From NCBI GenBank assembly GCA_036446955.1, contig JAZFTZ010000166.1, forward strand, positions 1 to 43,057: a DNA stretch of 43,057 nucleotides. Direction: 5' to 3'. The DNA is from Thermodesulfobacteriota bacterium. Its GTDB lineage: Bacteria; Desulfobacterota; JAZFTZ01. The notes beneath the pieces are model-generated. The model was not told where the DNA came from. It saw only the letters and a list, made by a program, of their open reading frames with translations, and did not search any database. Shown here piece by piece: positions 28,988-39,798 of the stretch (position 1 is the stretch's first letter; every line of letters begins with the position of its first letter). The translations under genes were made by a program, and so were the position numbers.

Positions 28988-30504
28988 TCCTTGCTGAGCT
29001 GACAAAAGACCTGCAAATACAGAGATTCAGCGGCGGGTTCGACCTGGAGATAGAGAGGATTTGTTATGACTCTCGTCAAGCCTCGCCCAACTGCCTGTTT
29101 GTGGCCGTGCCCGGCGCCAAAACCGACGGCCACCGATATATTGCTCAGGCGGTGAGCAAAGGGGCCCGGGCAGTGGTTGTGCAGGAAGGAGGAGAAGGCC
29201 TGGTTTCCTCCCTGGAATGCACCTGGATAGTGGTGGCTGATAGTCGCCGGGCGTTGGCTGAGTTGGCCGGTAACTTCTATGGCTCTCCTTCGTTGAAAAT
29301 GGGCTTAATCGGCGTTACCGGCACCAATGGCAAGACCACGCTGACTTATCTGCTAGAATCTATCCTAACGGCCTGGGGAGCCAACGTGGGTGTAATTGGA
29401 ACGGTCGACTACCGCTACCGAGGACGCAGTTCTCCCGCTGGCTTAACGACCCCGGAGTCACCCGAGCTTCAAGCGTTGTTTTCTCAAATGCTGGCCGAAA
29501 AGGTAGACTGGGTGGCCATGGAGGTCTCCTCCCATGCCCTGGAGATGAACCGGGTGGCGGGCTGCCATTTCGATGGCGCTGTCTTTACCTCCTTTTCCCA
29601 GGACCACCTGGATCTGCATCAGACCATGGATCACTATTTCCAGGCCAAGCTCAGGCTGTTCACCGACTTCCTTGCCCAAAGCAAAAAGGGAGAAAAGAGG
29701 TTTGCCGTAATTAATAACGACGACCCCCGGGGCAAGGAGATAGCCAGGCTTTGTCCCTGCTCGGTTTTAACCTATGGTCTCGGGCCAGGCAGCACCATCA
29801 GCATGGAGAGTTTCCAGCTCCGGCCGAGAGGGATTGAAGCGCGCCTGCGGACGCCAGCGGGGTGGCTGTCGTTGAGGTCTTCCCTGGAGGGTGAATTCAA
29901 TCTTTACAACCTGATGGCGGCCGCCGGGGTAGGCCTAGGCTTGGGGATCCCCATTGCGACCATTTGCCAGGGTCTCGAGATGGTGAAGACGGTACCGGGG
30001 AGGATGGAGAGGGTTGAATGTGGCCAGGACTTCACCGTAATAGTGGACTACGGCCACACCAGCGACTCGCTTGAGCGTTCGTTGAAGTATGTCAGGGAGA
30101 TTTGTGAGAAGAGGTTAATCGTCGTATTCGGGTGCGGGGGGGACAGAGACCGCACCAAGCGGCCGCTGATGGGCGAAGTGGCCGCCCGCCTGGCCGATGT
30201 TGCCTTGGTGACGTCGGATAACCCCAGATTCGAGGAGCCGGAGGCTATAATCTCGGATATTCTCTCAGGCATGGGGGCCATGAAGCGACTCCGCCAAGCT
30301 CCTTTTACAGATAAAGGCTACATGGTAGTGCTCGACCGCAAACAGGCAATTAAGCTAGCGGTCGAGTCGGCGAAACCGGGAGATATGGTACTATTAGCTG
30401 GGAAGGGACATGAGAACTACCAGATCATCGGCAATGACAAGTTACAACTGGATGACCGGGGGGAGGCCAGTAGCGCCCTTAGGGCAAGACTGGCTGGAAC
30501 CTAA
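28984..30504 (+). CDS. murE: UDP-N-acetylmuramoyl-L-alanyl-D-glutamate--2,6-diaminopimelate ligase
   Basis: The motifs GVTGTNGKTT and DNPR (TSDNPRFEEP), the latter indicating the meso-DAP type, are present. The TTG start overlaps the ftsI stop. Confidence 0.95.
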   Translation: MILAELTKDLQIQRFSGGFDLEIERICYDSRQASPNCLFVAVPGAKTDGHRYIAQAVSKGARAVVVQEGGEGLVSSLECTWIVVADSRRALAELAGNFYGSPSLKMGLIGVTGTNGKTTLTYLLESILTAWGANVGVIGTVDYRYRGRSSPAGLTTPESPELQALFSQMLAEKVDWVAMEVSSHALEMNRVAGCHFDGAVFTSFSQDHLDLHQTMDHYFQAKLRLFTDFLAQSKKGEKRFAVINNDDPRGKEIARLCPCSVLTYGLGPGSTISMESFQLRPRGIEARLRTPAGWLSLRSSLEGEFNLYNLMAAAGVGLGLGIPIATICQGLEMVKTVPGRMERVECGQDFTVIVDYGHTSDSLERSLKYVREICEKRLIVVFGCGGDRDRTKRPLMGEVAARLADVALVTSDNPRFEEPEAIISDILSGMGAMKRLRQAPFTDKGYMVVLDRKQAIKLAVESAKPGDMVLLAGKGHENYQIIGNDKLQLDDRGEASSALRARLAGT

Positions 30505-31921
30505 GTCGTTAACACTGGGAGAGGTACTGAGCGCGGTTGACGGTCGGCTTCTCATCGGCAATGTCAAGAACAAGGCCAGGGGGGTATCGGTCAACTCCCG
30601 AGACCTGAGGCCAGGGGAGCTATTCGTGGCCCTTGCTGGACCCAGATTCGATGGCCACGATTTTGTCATCCGGGCGTTCAGAAAGGGAGCTTGCGGGGCA
30701 ATGGTGGACGAAAAGAAGCTCGCTCAACTGAGCCTGGAAAACGGCCGGACCAAGGCGATAATCGCGGTGCCGGATACACTGACGGCATTGGGAAATATGG
30801 CTGCCTACCTGCGGCGCAAGTTCCCTTTGCCTCTGGTGGCAGTGACCGGGAGCAACGGGAAGAGCACCACCAAGGAGATGATCGCCGCCATCTTTTCCGT
30901 GTCCAGGCCTACCCTGAAAAATCCTGGCAACTATAACAACCTGGTGGGCCTTCCCCTTACTTTATTCAGGATAAACAATGTTCACCAACTGGCGGTGGTG
31001 GAATTGGGAATGAACCAGCCGGGAGAGATTAAAAGACTATCGGAAATTTGCCAGCCCGATGTTGCCGTAATAACCAATATCGGCCCGGTCCATTTGGAGA
31101 AGCTTAAAACCTTGGATGGGGTGGCTGAGGCCAAAAAAGAGATCCTGGTCGGCCTGAAGGAGTCGGGTATTGTTGTCTATAACATCAATGACGACTATTG
31201 CCGACAATTCTTTGCCCACTGTCCTTACCAAACGGTCACCTTTGGTCTGGACAACCCCAAGGCCGATATAAGTGGGAAGGTATTTCATCAGGGTGGCCCG
31301 CGCGGGCTATCCGCCATCCTCGATTTGGGCGATGATGTCATTCCGGTGAAACTGAATTCCTGCGGATACCATAACCTGGAGAATGCCTTGGCCGCGGCAG
31401 CCGCGGCCAAGTCCCTGGGCGCGGACACAGCCGACATCCAGGCCGGGTTGGAGGAATTTAAGCCGCTGGAGAGAAGAAGCCAGTTCCGTCGTCTCAGGGG
31501 AGGGATAGAGATCCTGGACGACAGCTACAATGCCAACCCTCGCTCGATGGAGATGACCTTCAGACTCCTCCAGGACATAAGTGGTGGCCGGAGGAAGCTA
31601 GCCCTGTTGGCCGACATGTGTGAACTGGGGGATTACGCCGAGGGCGCTCACCGCCAGCTGGGAAAGCAGGTAGCCCAGTCTGGCTTTGACCGGCTGGTCT
31701 ATTTAGGCGCGTTCGGGGAAATAGTGGCTGAGGCGGCCATGAAAGAGGGAATGCCTGACAAGGCGATCTTTTTATGCTCTGACCATGATCAGGCCTGCCA
31801 GCTATTAACGCAACTATTGGAAGAAGGAGACCTGCTCTTGGTGAAAGCTTCTCGAGCTATGGCGCTGGAGAGAGTGGTTGATGCCCTGGTGGGGATGCTG
31901 GGCGCGGTGGTAACCAATTGA
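30452..31921 (+). CDS. murF: UDP-N-acetylmuramoyl-tripeptide--D-alanyl-D-alanine ligase
   Basis: The motif AVTGSNGKSTTKEM is present. The start is uncertain: homology begins near LTLGEVLSAVDG (about 30510), but no ATG, GTG or TTG lies there. The nearest ATGs are 30452 and 30434, inside murE, or a rare CTG at 30491. Confidence 0.85.
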   Translation: MTGGRPVAPLGQDWLEPKSLTLGEVLSAVDGRLLIGNVKNKARGVSVNSRDLRPGELFVALAGPRFDGHDFVIRAFRKGACGAMVDEKKLAQLSLENGRTKAIIAVPDTLTALGNMAAYLRRKFPLPLVAVTGSNGKSTTKEMIAAIFSVSRPTLKNPGNYNNLVGLPLTLFRINNVHQLAVVELGMNQPGEIKRLSEICQPDVAVITNIGPVHLEKLKTLDGVAEAKKEILVGLKESGIVVYNINDDYCRQFFAHCPYQTVTFGLDNPKADISGKVFHQGGPRGLSAILDLGDDVIPVKLNSCGYHNLENALAAAAAAKSLGADTADIQAGLEEFKPLERRSQFRRLRGGIEILDDSYNANPRSMEMTFRLLQDISGGRRKLALLADMCELGDYAEGAHRQLGKQVAQSGFDRLVYLGAFGEIVAEAAMKEGMPDKAIFLCSDHDQACQLLTQLLEEGDLLLVKASRAMALERVVDALVGMLGAVVTN

Positions 31922-31944
31922 TCTGAGCTTAAGGAGCAGCAAGG

Positions 31945-33021
31945 ATGTTTTACCACTTTCTCTATCCCCTACATGTAGTTTGGGGGCCATTAAATGTATT
32001 TAGATACCTAACTTTCAGGATGGTCATGGCCACTTTGACCGCGTTGTTGATCAGTCTTATCATCGGCCCCTGGATGATAAATAAGCTCTCTCAGTTAAAG
32101 GCCAACCAGCCTATAAGAAAGGATGGCCCCCAAAGCCACCTGGCCAAGGAAGGCACCCCCACTATGGGTGGGCTGCTTATTCTCTTTGCCATAACCATTT
32201 CCACCCTGCTCTGGACCGACCTGAGAAACCAGTATGTGTGGCTAGTGCTGCTGGTCACCCTGGGATTTGGGATCACCGGTTTCGTAGATGATTACAAGAA
32301 ACTGACCGGAAGGAACTCCAAAGGCATAGGAGGAAAACTCAAGCTCCTGGTTCAAGTCGGGCTGGCCCTGGCCGCGGGCACCATATTGTACTTGCACCTC
32401 GATTTCGATACCACGTTATCTTTCCCCTTTATAAAGCAATTTTCGCCCGCTCTCGGCCTCCTCTACCTACCCTTCGTCACCTTGGTCATCGTGGGGGCTT
32501 CCAACGCGGTTAACCTGACTGACGGCCTGGACGGCCTGGCCATAGGACCGGTTATTATAGCTTCCGGCACCTACTTACTATTTGCATACCTGGTCGGCCA
32601 CGTTAAGATAGCCGCGTATCTTCAGATTCCTTATGTGGCTGGCGCGGGTGAGCTATCCATCTTTGGCGGCGCGATAGTCGGATCAAGCCTGGGATTCCTC
32701 TGGTTCAACGCCTATCCAGCCCAGGTCTTCATGGGGGATGTGGGCTCCCTCAGCCTGGGCGCAGCCCTGGGCCTGGTGGCGGTGGTTAGCAAACATGAAA
32801 TCCTGCTGGTGTTGGTGGGAGGTGTCTTCGTTGTCGAGGCTTTATCGGTGATATTCCAAGTCGCCTCCTTCAAGATCAGAGGCCAGCGCATATTCAAGAT
32901 GGCCCCTATCCACCATCACTACGAGTTAAAAGGGTGGGCGGAACCGAAGATCATAGTCAGGTTTTGGATAATCTCTCTTGTCCTGGCTTTGCTGGCGTTT
33001 AGTACGTTGAAATTGAGATAG
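31945..33021 (+). CDS. mraY: Phospho-N-acetylmuramoyl-pentapeptide transferase
   Basis: The multi-TM ORF has the motifs [13 protein letters not shown] and HHHYE. Confidence 0.95.
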   Translation: MFYHFLYPLHVVWGPLNVFRYLTFRMVMATLTALLISLIIGPWMINKLSQLKANQPIRKDGPQSHLAKEGTPTMGGLLILFAITISTLLWTDLRNQYVWLVLLVTLGFGITGFVDDYKKLTGRNSKGIGGKLKLLVQVGLALAAGTILYLHLDFDTTLSFPFIKQFSPALGLLYLPFVTLVIVGASNAVNLTDGLDGLAIGPVIIASGTYLLFAYLVGHVKIAAYLQIPYVAGAGELSIFGGAIVGSSLGFLWFNAYPAQVFMGDVGSLSLGAALGLVAVVSKHEILLVLVGGVFVVEALSVIFQVASFKIRGQRIFKMAPIHHHYELKGWAEPKIIVRFWIISLVLALLAFSTLKLR

Positions 33022-33025
33022 GGAT

Positions 33026-34360
33026 ATGGACGTTGGCGGCAAAAGGGTTGCAGTACTGGGGTTGGCTCGCACCGGAGTGGCCGCGGCCCTGTTTTTGGCC
33101 CGGCAGGGGGCGCGGGTCACTGCCAGCGACCTGAAAATGCGAGAATCGCTGGAGATGGACCTCGGCCAGTTGGAAAAAGAAGGGGTGCGGCTGGTTCTGG
33201 GAGGCCATCCGGAACGGATATTTGTCAACAGCCAACTGGTTATACAAAGCCCGGGGGTACCCTCCGACCTGGCCGTTTTAAAGAAGGCCGAGGCGGCTGG
33301 CGCAGAGGTGATAAGCGAGCTGGAGCTCGCTTATCGATATCTCAGTATTCCGCTGATCGCGGTGACCGGCACCAATGGGAAAAGCACTACCACTACGCTT
33401 TTGGGCCAGATGTTTGCCAACGCGGGGAAAAAAGCCTTTGTGGGAGGCAATCTGGGCACCCCTTTGATACAGGCGGTGGATGAGCCTTCCATGGAGTATG
33501 CCATCGCTGAGGTGAGCAGCTTTCAGCTAGAGAGAATCCGGCGGTTTCGTCCCCGGATAAGCCTGTTTCTTAACCTCTCCGCCGATCACCTGGACCGGCA
33601 CGCAAATTACCAAGATTATGTCCAGGCCAAGGCGAGGATATTCATGAATCAGCGCGGCGAGGATACGGCTGTGGTTAATGGTGATGACCCTGAGGTCATG
33701 CGTATCTTCCCCCGGGGCAGAATGAAGAGCATCACTTTCGGCCGAGATAAGGGAGCGGTATCACTTAAGCAGGAAGGGATAATCGCCCGGGTGGGAAAAG
33801 AGGAACGGTTCTACCCCTTACGGGCACCCGGACTTCGGGGTGCCCACAACCAAGAAAATGCCATGGCCGCGGTGGCTGCCGCCGAGCTTTGTAAGCTGGA
33901 GCCGGAAGCCATCGCCCGAGCGCTAGGTGAGTTTCCCGGACTTCCCCATCGCCTGGAGTTTGTGAGAGAATTCGGCGGTGTCTCCTATTTCAACGATAGC
34001 AAAGCCACCAATGTAGGTGCGGTGAAGAGATCTCTTTCCAGCTTCTCAAATCCGGTGGTGCTGATAGCAGGAGGAAGGGACAAGGGTTGCGATTACCGGC
34101 CGCTGCTGCCCGAAGTGGAGAGGAGGGTGCGGGTGGTGGTCCTTCTCGGGGAAGCTAAAGAGAGGATGAAGAGGGACCTGGGAGCTTCGATTAAAACGGA
34201 ATTGGCGGATGATCTGAAGCAAGCCGTTTTGAAAGCCAAGGTCTGGGCAAAGAGGGGAGATGTGGTGTTGCTTTCGCCGGCCTGCTCTAGCTTTGATATG
34301 TTCGCCAACTTCGAGGAAAGAGGGGAAAGTTTCAAGGATCTGGTAAGCAGGCTTCATTGA
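33026..34360 (+). CDS. murD: UDP-N-acetylmuramoylalanine--D-glutamate ligase
   Basis: The motif AVTGTNGKSTTT and the gene's position in the cluster support the call. Confidence 0.95.
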   Translation: MDVGGKRVAVLGLARTGVAAALFLARQGARVTASDLKMRESLEMDLGQLEKEGVRLVLGGHPERIFVNSQLVIQSPGVPSDLAVLKKAEAAGAEVISELELAYRYLSIPLIAVTGTNGKSTTTTLLGQMFANAGKKAFVGGNLGTPLIQAVDEPSMEYAIAEVSSFQLERIRRFRPRISLFLNLSADHLDRHANYQDYVQAKARIFMNQRGEDTAVVNGDDPEVMRIFPRGRMKSITFGRDKGAVSLKQEGIIARVGKEERFYPLRAPGLRGAHNQENAMAAVAAAELCKLEPEAIARALGEFPGLPHRLEFVREFGGVSYFNDSKATNVGAVKRSLSSFSNPVVLIAGGRDKGCDYRPLLPEVERRVRVVVLLGEAKERMKRDLGASIKTELADDLKQAVLKAKVWAKRGDVVLLSPACSSFDMFANFEERGESFKDLVSRLH

Positions 34361-34361
34361 A

Positions 34362-35474
34362 ATGGTTATTGAAAGTAGAAGAAGAAGCGACCGCATCTTG
34401 CTGATTATCACCCTAACCCTGGTAGCTTTAGGGGTGGCCATGGTCTACTCGGCCAGCTCCATCGTGGCTCAGGATAAATTCGGCGATGGATATTTTTTCC
34501 TCAAGCGCCAGTCCCTCTATGCCAGCCTGGGTCTGATCCTTATGCTGCTAGTGGCCCGGCTGAGATACCTGTGGTGGAAAAGATTGGCCTTGCCGCTAGT
34601 GATTGTTAGCTTGTTGTTGTTAGCTATGGTCCTGGTGCCCGGCCTGGGAGTGGAAGTGTCCGGTGCCCGCCGTTGGTTGAAGTTCGCCGGGTTTGGCCTT
34701 CAGCCCAGTGAGTTGGCTAAGCTTGCTCTGGTCGTATACCTGGCCCGACTTTTGGTCAAAAAGGGAGACCAGATTAAGGGTTTCATCTGGGGTTATCTTC
34801 CCATCCTTCTCTTCGGCGGGACGTTCGCCGGCTTGATCTTGCTTGAACCCGACTTCGGCAGCGCGGCGATGGTAATCTTGCTTGCCTTTGTCATGCTTTT
34901 TGTCGGCGGAGCAAGATTGACTCACCTGGCCATGACCGGGCTTATGGCGCTGCCGGCGACCTATTTAATCATCCAAACCGCCCCGTACCGCATGGAACGG
35001 ATAATGGCTTATCTCGATCCTTGGAAGGACCCTCAGGGGGTGGGATTCCAGATGGTTCAATCTTACTTGGCCTTCGGCTCGGGCGGGATCACCGGCTTGG
35101 GTCTGGGCAACGGCCGCCAGAAATTGTTTTATCTGCCCGAGGCCCATACCGATTTCATATTTTCGGTCATCGGCGAGGAGTTGGGTCTGATCGGTGTTAT
35201 AGCCGTGGTAGCCGCCTTTGCCGTAATAATTATTCGGGGACTCAGGATAGCCTGGAATAGCTCGGATGCCTTTGGTTATTACCTGGCCCTGGGACTTACC
35301 TCTCTTATCGGGTTTCAAGCGGTTATCAACATGGCGGTGGTGACAGGTATTTTGCCCACCAAGGGGCTTACTTTGCCCTTCATCAGCTTCGGCGGCACCT
35401 CCCTGATATTAAACATGGTCTCAGTGGGAATCTTACTTAGCATCTCCAGCAGGAGGAGGCTGGGCCAGAGATGA
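34362..35474 (+). CDS. ftsW: Peptidoglycan glycosyltransferase FtsW (SEDS family)
   Basis: The ORF is a multi-TM SEDS protein sitting between murD and murG. Confidence 0.93.
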   Translation: MVIESRRRSDRILLIITLTLVALGVAMVYSASSIVAQDKFGDGYFFLKRQSLYASLGLILMLLVARLRYLWWKRLALPLVIVSLLLLAMVLVPGLGVEVSGARRWLKFAGFGLQPSELAKLALVVYLARLLVKKGDQIKGFIWGYLPILLFGGTFAGLILLEPDFGSAAMVILLAFVMLFVGGARLTHLAMTGLMALPATYLIIQTAPYRMERIMAYLDPWKDPQGVGFQMVQSYLAFGSGGITGLGLGNGRQKLFYLPEAHTDFIFSVIGEELGLIGVIAVVAAFAVIIIRGLRIAWNSSDAFGYYLALGLTSLIGFQAVINMAVVTGILPTKGLTLPFISFGGTSLILNMVSVGILLSISSRRRLGQR

Positions 35475-36547
35475 AGGTAATCTTAGCCGGCGGCGGAACC
35501 GGCGGTCATATCTTTCCGGGGATTGCCTTGGCCCTGGAATTTAAGCGGCGAGACCCGGACTGCCAGTTGCTTTTCGTGGGCACAACAAAGGGCCTGGAGA
35601 ACAAGATCCTGCCTAAATATGGCTTTCCTTTTGCCGCCATCAGGGCCCGGGGGTTGATCAGGACCGGTTGGGCCGGCAAACTCAGAGCGCTCGGTCTTTT
35701 GCCCGCTTCTCTGCTAGACGCGCTCACGATCGTTAGGAGCTTTAAGCCCCAACTGGTTATCGGTCTGGGGGGGTATGCCTCCGGGCCGGTGGTGGGCGCG
35801 GCTTTCCTGTCGGGAATCAAGACCACTATCCTGGAACAAAACGTCGTCCCCGGTCTAACTAATAAGCTACTGTCGCGGTTGACCCGAACGGTCTTTATCT
35901 CTTTCCCGGAAAGCTCTCAAGCCTTTCCCAAGGGCCGGGCGGTTTTTACCGGTAACCCCATCCGCGCGGAGATAGCTAATCTGTCCCAAAGCCAGAAGAA
36001 CGGCGGCGAATTCAACCTGCTCGTACTGGGCGGGTCTCGAGGGGCAACCAGCTTGAATAAAGCGTTAACCGAGGCGCTTGACCACTTGGCCCCGCAACGG
36101 GACAAGTTCCGGATAATCCACCAAACAGGGTGGCAGGAGGCGGAAAGCATCGATCAGAGCTATCGGCAAAAGGGTTTTCAGGCCATGGTGGTCCCTTTCA
36201 TCGATGATATGAGCCAGGCTTACAGTCGGGCGGATCTGGTCGTTACCCGGGCCGGGGCCACCACCATTGCCGAGATCTCTTCCGCGGGCATACCTGCCTT
36301 GCTGGTTCCCTATCCTTATGCCGCCCAGGACCACCAGAGACGTAACGCCAAAAGCCTGGTCGAAAAGGGCGCCGCGGTAATGATAGAGCCCAGCCAACTT
36401 GGCGGGGAAACCCTGGCTCAGAATGTGTTGGAACTGATGAACGACCGATCCAGGCTTGCCAGTATGTCAGCTAAGATGCGCGCGTTTTCGCGACCGGATG
36501 CTGCCCGGCAAATCGTGGATATTTGCTGTCGGATGGTAGAGGCATAA
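35471..36547 (+). CDS. murG: UDP-N-acetylglucosamine--N-acetylmuramyl-(pentapeptide) pyrophosphoryl-undecaprenol GlcNAc transferase
   Basis: The N-terminus reads GGGTGGHIFPGIA. The start forms an ATGA overlap with the ftsW stop. Confidence 0.95.
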   Translation: MKVILAGGGTGGHIFPGIALALEFKRRDPDCQLLFVGTTKGLENKILPKYGFPFAAIRARGLIRTGWAGKLRALGLLPASLLDALTIVRSFKPQLVIGLGGYASGPVVGAAFLSGIKTTILEQNVVPGLTNKLLSRLTRTVFISFPESSQAFPKGRAVFTGNPIRAEIANLSQSQKNGGEFNLLVLGGSRGATSLNKALTEALDHLAPQRDKFRIIHQTGWQEAESIDQSYRQKGFQAMVVPFIDDMSQAYSRADLVVTRAGATTIAEISSAGIPALLVPYPYAAQDHQRRNAKSLVEKGAAVMIEPSQLGGETLAQNVLELMNDRSRLASMSAKMRAFSRPDAARQIVDICCRMVEA

Positions 36548-37920
36548 TGTACAGACGAGTAAAAAAGTTGCACTTTGTGGGTATCGGCGGCATAGGGATG
36601 AGCGGTATCGCCGAGGTCTTGCTTAACCTGGGCTATAAAGTGTCCGGCTCCGATTTGAAGGAGACCGGGGTGACCAGACGATTGGCCCAGCTGGGCGCAC
36701 AGGTCTATTACGGCCATCATTCCGATAACCTGGGTCAGGCTCAGGCGGTGGTCTACTCAACCGCCGTCAAGCCCGATAACCCTGAACTGGTGGCCGCCAG
36801 AGAAAGGTTGATACCCGTTGTCAGCCGGGGGGAGATGCTGGCTGAGCTCATGCGGATGAAGTTCGGTATCGCCGTGGCCGGAAGTCATGGCAAAACCACC
36901 ACCACTTCGTTGATCACTTCCATCTTGGCCTATGGAGGCCTTGACCCGACCGCGGTCATCGGCGGCCGGGTCAAGGCGTTGGCAAGCAATGCTAAGCTGG
37001 GGCAAAGTGAGTACCTGGTCTGCGAAGCGGATGAGAGTGATGGCTCCTTCTTGCGGCTCTCCCCCCGGATTGTGGTAGTAACCAATGTAAATGCCGAGCA
37101 CCTGGACCATTATAAGGATATGTCACGGCTGCAGGCCACCTTCCGGCAGTTCCTGGACCTTATACCTTTTTACGGGCTGGCCGCCCTGTGCTGGGATAAC
37201 CCCGGCGTCCGGGAAATAGCCAAGGGGTATTCCCGGCGCTACACCACCTATGGACTGTCCGGGGATGCCCGACTGCGAGCCGAGAATGTGCAACCGGATG
37301 GCTTTCAAGTTAACTTTCTCGCCCTGCTTGACGGCCGGGAGTTGGGTCGGATAAGGCTGCCGTTGCCCGGTCTACATAATGTGCTGAACTGTCTGGCCGC
37401 GCTGGCCGTGGCCCTGGAATTGGAGATTCCCTTCCCCATCGTAAGCGAGGCGATGGAGAGATTCGCTGGCGTTGAACGCCGTTTCCAGGTTAAGGGGAAA
37501 CGGGACGGAATAACAATAGTGGACGATTACGGCCATCATCCCGAAGAGATCAAGGCAACGTTAAGCGCCGCCCGAAGCTGCCATTCGGGACGATTGGTCG
37601 TCTTGTTTCAACCTCATCGCTTCAGTCGGCTTCAGGCCCTTTTCCCCGAGTTTCTGGATGCCTTTAAAGAGGCCGATCTGCTTATGATCACTGATGTCTA
37701 TCCGGCCGGCGAGCAACCTATAGCGGAGGTAAACTCGGCTAAGCTTTATGGAGAAATCAAGAAAAAGGGACACCCAGAGGTCAGTTACCACCCCAATAAC
37801 GCCGAATTGCTGGAAGCGGCTTGGCGCGTCCTGCGACCGCAGGACATGGTCATGACCCTGGGCGCGGGAGACATCGGGAGAGTGGCCGATCAACTGGCCG
37901 GCAGGTTGGGGGCTAGGTGA
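36547..37920 (+). CDS. murC: UDP-N-acetylmuramate--L-alanine ligase
   Basis: The start was trimmed to ATG 36547 (TAATG overlap with murG). The motifs HFVGIGGIGMSG and GSHGKTTTT are present. Confidence 0.95.
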   Translation: MYRRVKKLHFVGIGGIGMSGIAEVLLNLGYKVSGSDLKETGVTRRLAQLGAQVYYGHHSDNLGQAQAVVYSTAVKPDNPELVAARERLIPVVSRGEMLAELMRMKFGIAVAGSHGKTTTTSLITSILAYGGLDPTAVIGGRVKALASNAKLGQSEYLVCEADESDGSFLRLSPRIVVVTNVNAEHLDHYKDMSRLQATFRQFLDLIPFYGLAALCWDNPGVREIAKGYSRRYTTYGLSGDARLRAENVQPDGFQVNFLALLDGRELGRIRLPLPGLHNVLNCLAALAVALELEIPFPIVSEAMERFAGVERRFQVKGKRDGITIVDDYGHHPEEIKATLSAARSCHSGRLVVLFQPHRFSRLQALFPEFLDAFKEADLLMITDVYPAGEQPIAEVNSAKLYGEIKKKGHPEVSYHPNNAELLEAAWRVLRPQDMVMTLGAGDIGRVADQLAGRLGAR

Positions 37921-38846
37921 CTGATCAGCAAAAGCAGGAACTCAAGAAGCTGGTACACGGGTTGGTCATCTTCGATGCCCCTATGCGAGAGCGTACCACG
38001 CTGAGGATTGGCGGACCTGCTGAGGCCTTGGCACTGCCTTCCAGCTCAGCCGGCCTTTCCGAGTTGGTAGGATATCTCTCTGCTGAGGAGATCCCCTACC
38101 TGATCCTAGGAAAGGGAAGCAACCTTCTGGTTAAGGATGGCGGTATAAAGGGCGTGGTTGTCGACCTTTCCACCGCTTTTAGTAGGGTCTGGCTGGTGGA
38201 GGAAAACGGAGCTGATGCACTAATCGAGGCCCAGGCCGGCGCACAAAACTTAAAATTAAATAAGCTCACCATGGAGAAAGGTTTGGCCGGCCTGGAGTTT
38301 CTCTGTGGTATTCCGGGAAGCGTTGGTGGATCTCTGGTCATGAATGCGGGCACAAGGGAGGGTGAAATGATGGACGCGGTTGACTCTCTTACCATGATGG
38401 ACAGGACGGGCCAAGTCAAGACACTCCCGGTTGAGGATCTTCATTTTTCCTATCGTCACCTGCAGTTACCCCCAGGCACGATTGTCTTGGCCGGCCGATT
38501 TAAAGTCTGCCGAACCGACCGGGAACATCTTCAGGAGAAGATGACTCGTATCTTGGAACACAGAAGGAATAGTCATCCCCTGGATATGGCCAGTGCCGGT
38601 TGTGTGTTCAGGAACCCCGAGGGCCAGGCCGCGGGCAAGATCATTGAGGTTCTGGGCCTGAAGGGTGCCATGATAGGGGGCGCTCAGGTCTCCACCATGC
38701 ACGCCAACTTCATAGTGAACCTGGGCAACGCGACCTCCTCGGATTTTCTCGAATTGATCGATACCGTAAGGGAGAAGGTCTATCAGGAAACCGGCATTGA
38801 GCTAGCTATGGAGCTCATGGTAGTGGGAGAGGATGCCAGCTGTTGA
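37917..38846 (+). CDS. murB: UDP-N-acetylenolpyruvoylglucosamine reductase
   Basis: A FAD-binding PCMH-type N-terminus is present. The GTG start overlaps the murC stop. Confidence 0.93.
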   Translation: MTDQQKQELKKLVHGLVIFDAPMRERTTLRIGGPAEALALPSSSAGLSELVGYLSAEEIPYLILGKGSNLLVKDGGIKGVVVDLSTAFSRVWLVEENGADALIEAQAGAQNLKLNKLTMEKGLAGLEFLCGIPGSVGGSLVMNAGTREGEMMDAVDSLTMMDRTGQVKTLPVEDLHFSYRHLQLPPGTIVLAGRFKVCRTDREHLQEKMTRILEHRRNSHPLDMASAGCVFRNPEGQAAGKIIEVLGLKGAMIGGAQVSTMHANFIVNLGNATSSDFLELIDTVREKVYQETGIELAMELMVVGEDASC

Positions 38847-39786
38847 ACTAGCTGCCCAGTTTAAAGGAAAGAAGATCGCCGTCCTAATGGGGGGAACTTC
38901 CCGAGAACGTGAGATATCGCTCAAAAGCGGGCAGGCCTGCCTTACGGCCCTTCAAGCCAAGGGCTACCGGGCTTTGCCGGTGGACGCTAAAGAGAACCTT
39001 CCTGAGGTGCTAAAGGCCCTGGCCGTGGAGGTTGCTTTCGTCGCCTTGCACGGTCGCCGGGGAGAGGATGGCACTGTTCAAGGGTTGCTGGAGGTGATGG
39101 GCATACCCTACACCGGCTCCGGGGTTCTGTCCAGCGCCCTGGCACTGGACAAGGTGCAGGCCAAGCGGGTAATGGAGGCTGAGATGATACCCACGCCGGA
39201 TCACCGGCTGATTCATTATCCCGAGGGTCTGTCCTCCCCTCTCGCTGACCCCGATTTTCTCATCCCGCCTTTGATGGTCAAGCCAGTCCGAGAGGGCTCC
39301 ACTTTGGGAGCCAGCCAGGTTGACAAGGAAGAGGATTTGCTGCCCGCCATCGAGTTGGCCTATAGCCATGACCGAACCCTTTTGGTGGAGAGGTTTATTC
39401 CCGGCCAGGAGATAGCCGCCGGAATTATCGACGGAGAAGCCCTGCCTTTGATCGAGATATGCCCCGGCCACGGGCACTACGATTATGCCGCCAAATATAC
39501 TGCCGGGTCAACCGACTATCTGGTCCCGGCCCGGCTTAACGAAAAGCTGGCCAGTGTTTGCCAGGAACTGGCATTAAAGCTGTACCAGGCCTTGGACTGT
39601 CGAGGACAGGCCAGAGTTGATTTAATAGTGGACTCAGGGGGGCAGCCTTATTTCTTGGAGCTCAATACCATACCAGGGATGACCGAGACCAGCTTGCTGC
39701 CCAAAGCGGCCGCGGCCGCGGGAATCAGCTTTAACGACCTGGTGGAGAGAATCTTGCTCGGGGCTAGTCTCAAGACCGACATCTGA
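38833..39786 (+). CDS. ddl: D-alanine--D-alanine ligase
   Basis: The ORF has an ATP-grasp layout with HGRRGEDGTVQGLLE and a C-terminal ELNTIPGMT block. Confidence 0.95.
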   Translation: MPAVELAAQFKGKKIAVLMGGTSREREISLKSGQACLTALQAKGYRALPVDAKENLPEVLKALAVEVAFVALHGRRGEDGTVQGLLEVMGIPYTGSGVLSSALALDKVQAKRVMEAEMIPTPDHRLIHYPEGLSSPLADPDFLIPPLMVKPVREGSTLGASQVDKEEDLLPAIELAYSHDRTLLVERFIPGQEIAAGIIDGEALPLIEICPGHGHYDYAAKYTAGSTDYLVPARLNEKLASVCQELALKLYQALDCRGQARVDLIVDSGGQPYFLELNTIPGMTETSLLPKAAAAAGISFNDLVERILLGASLKTDI

Positions 39787-39798
39787 CCAGGGGGTAAA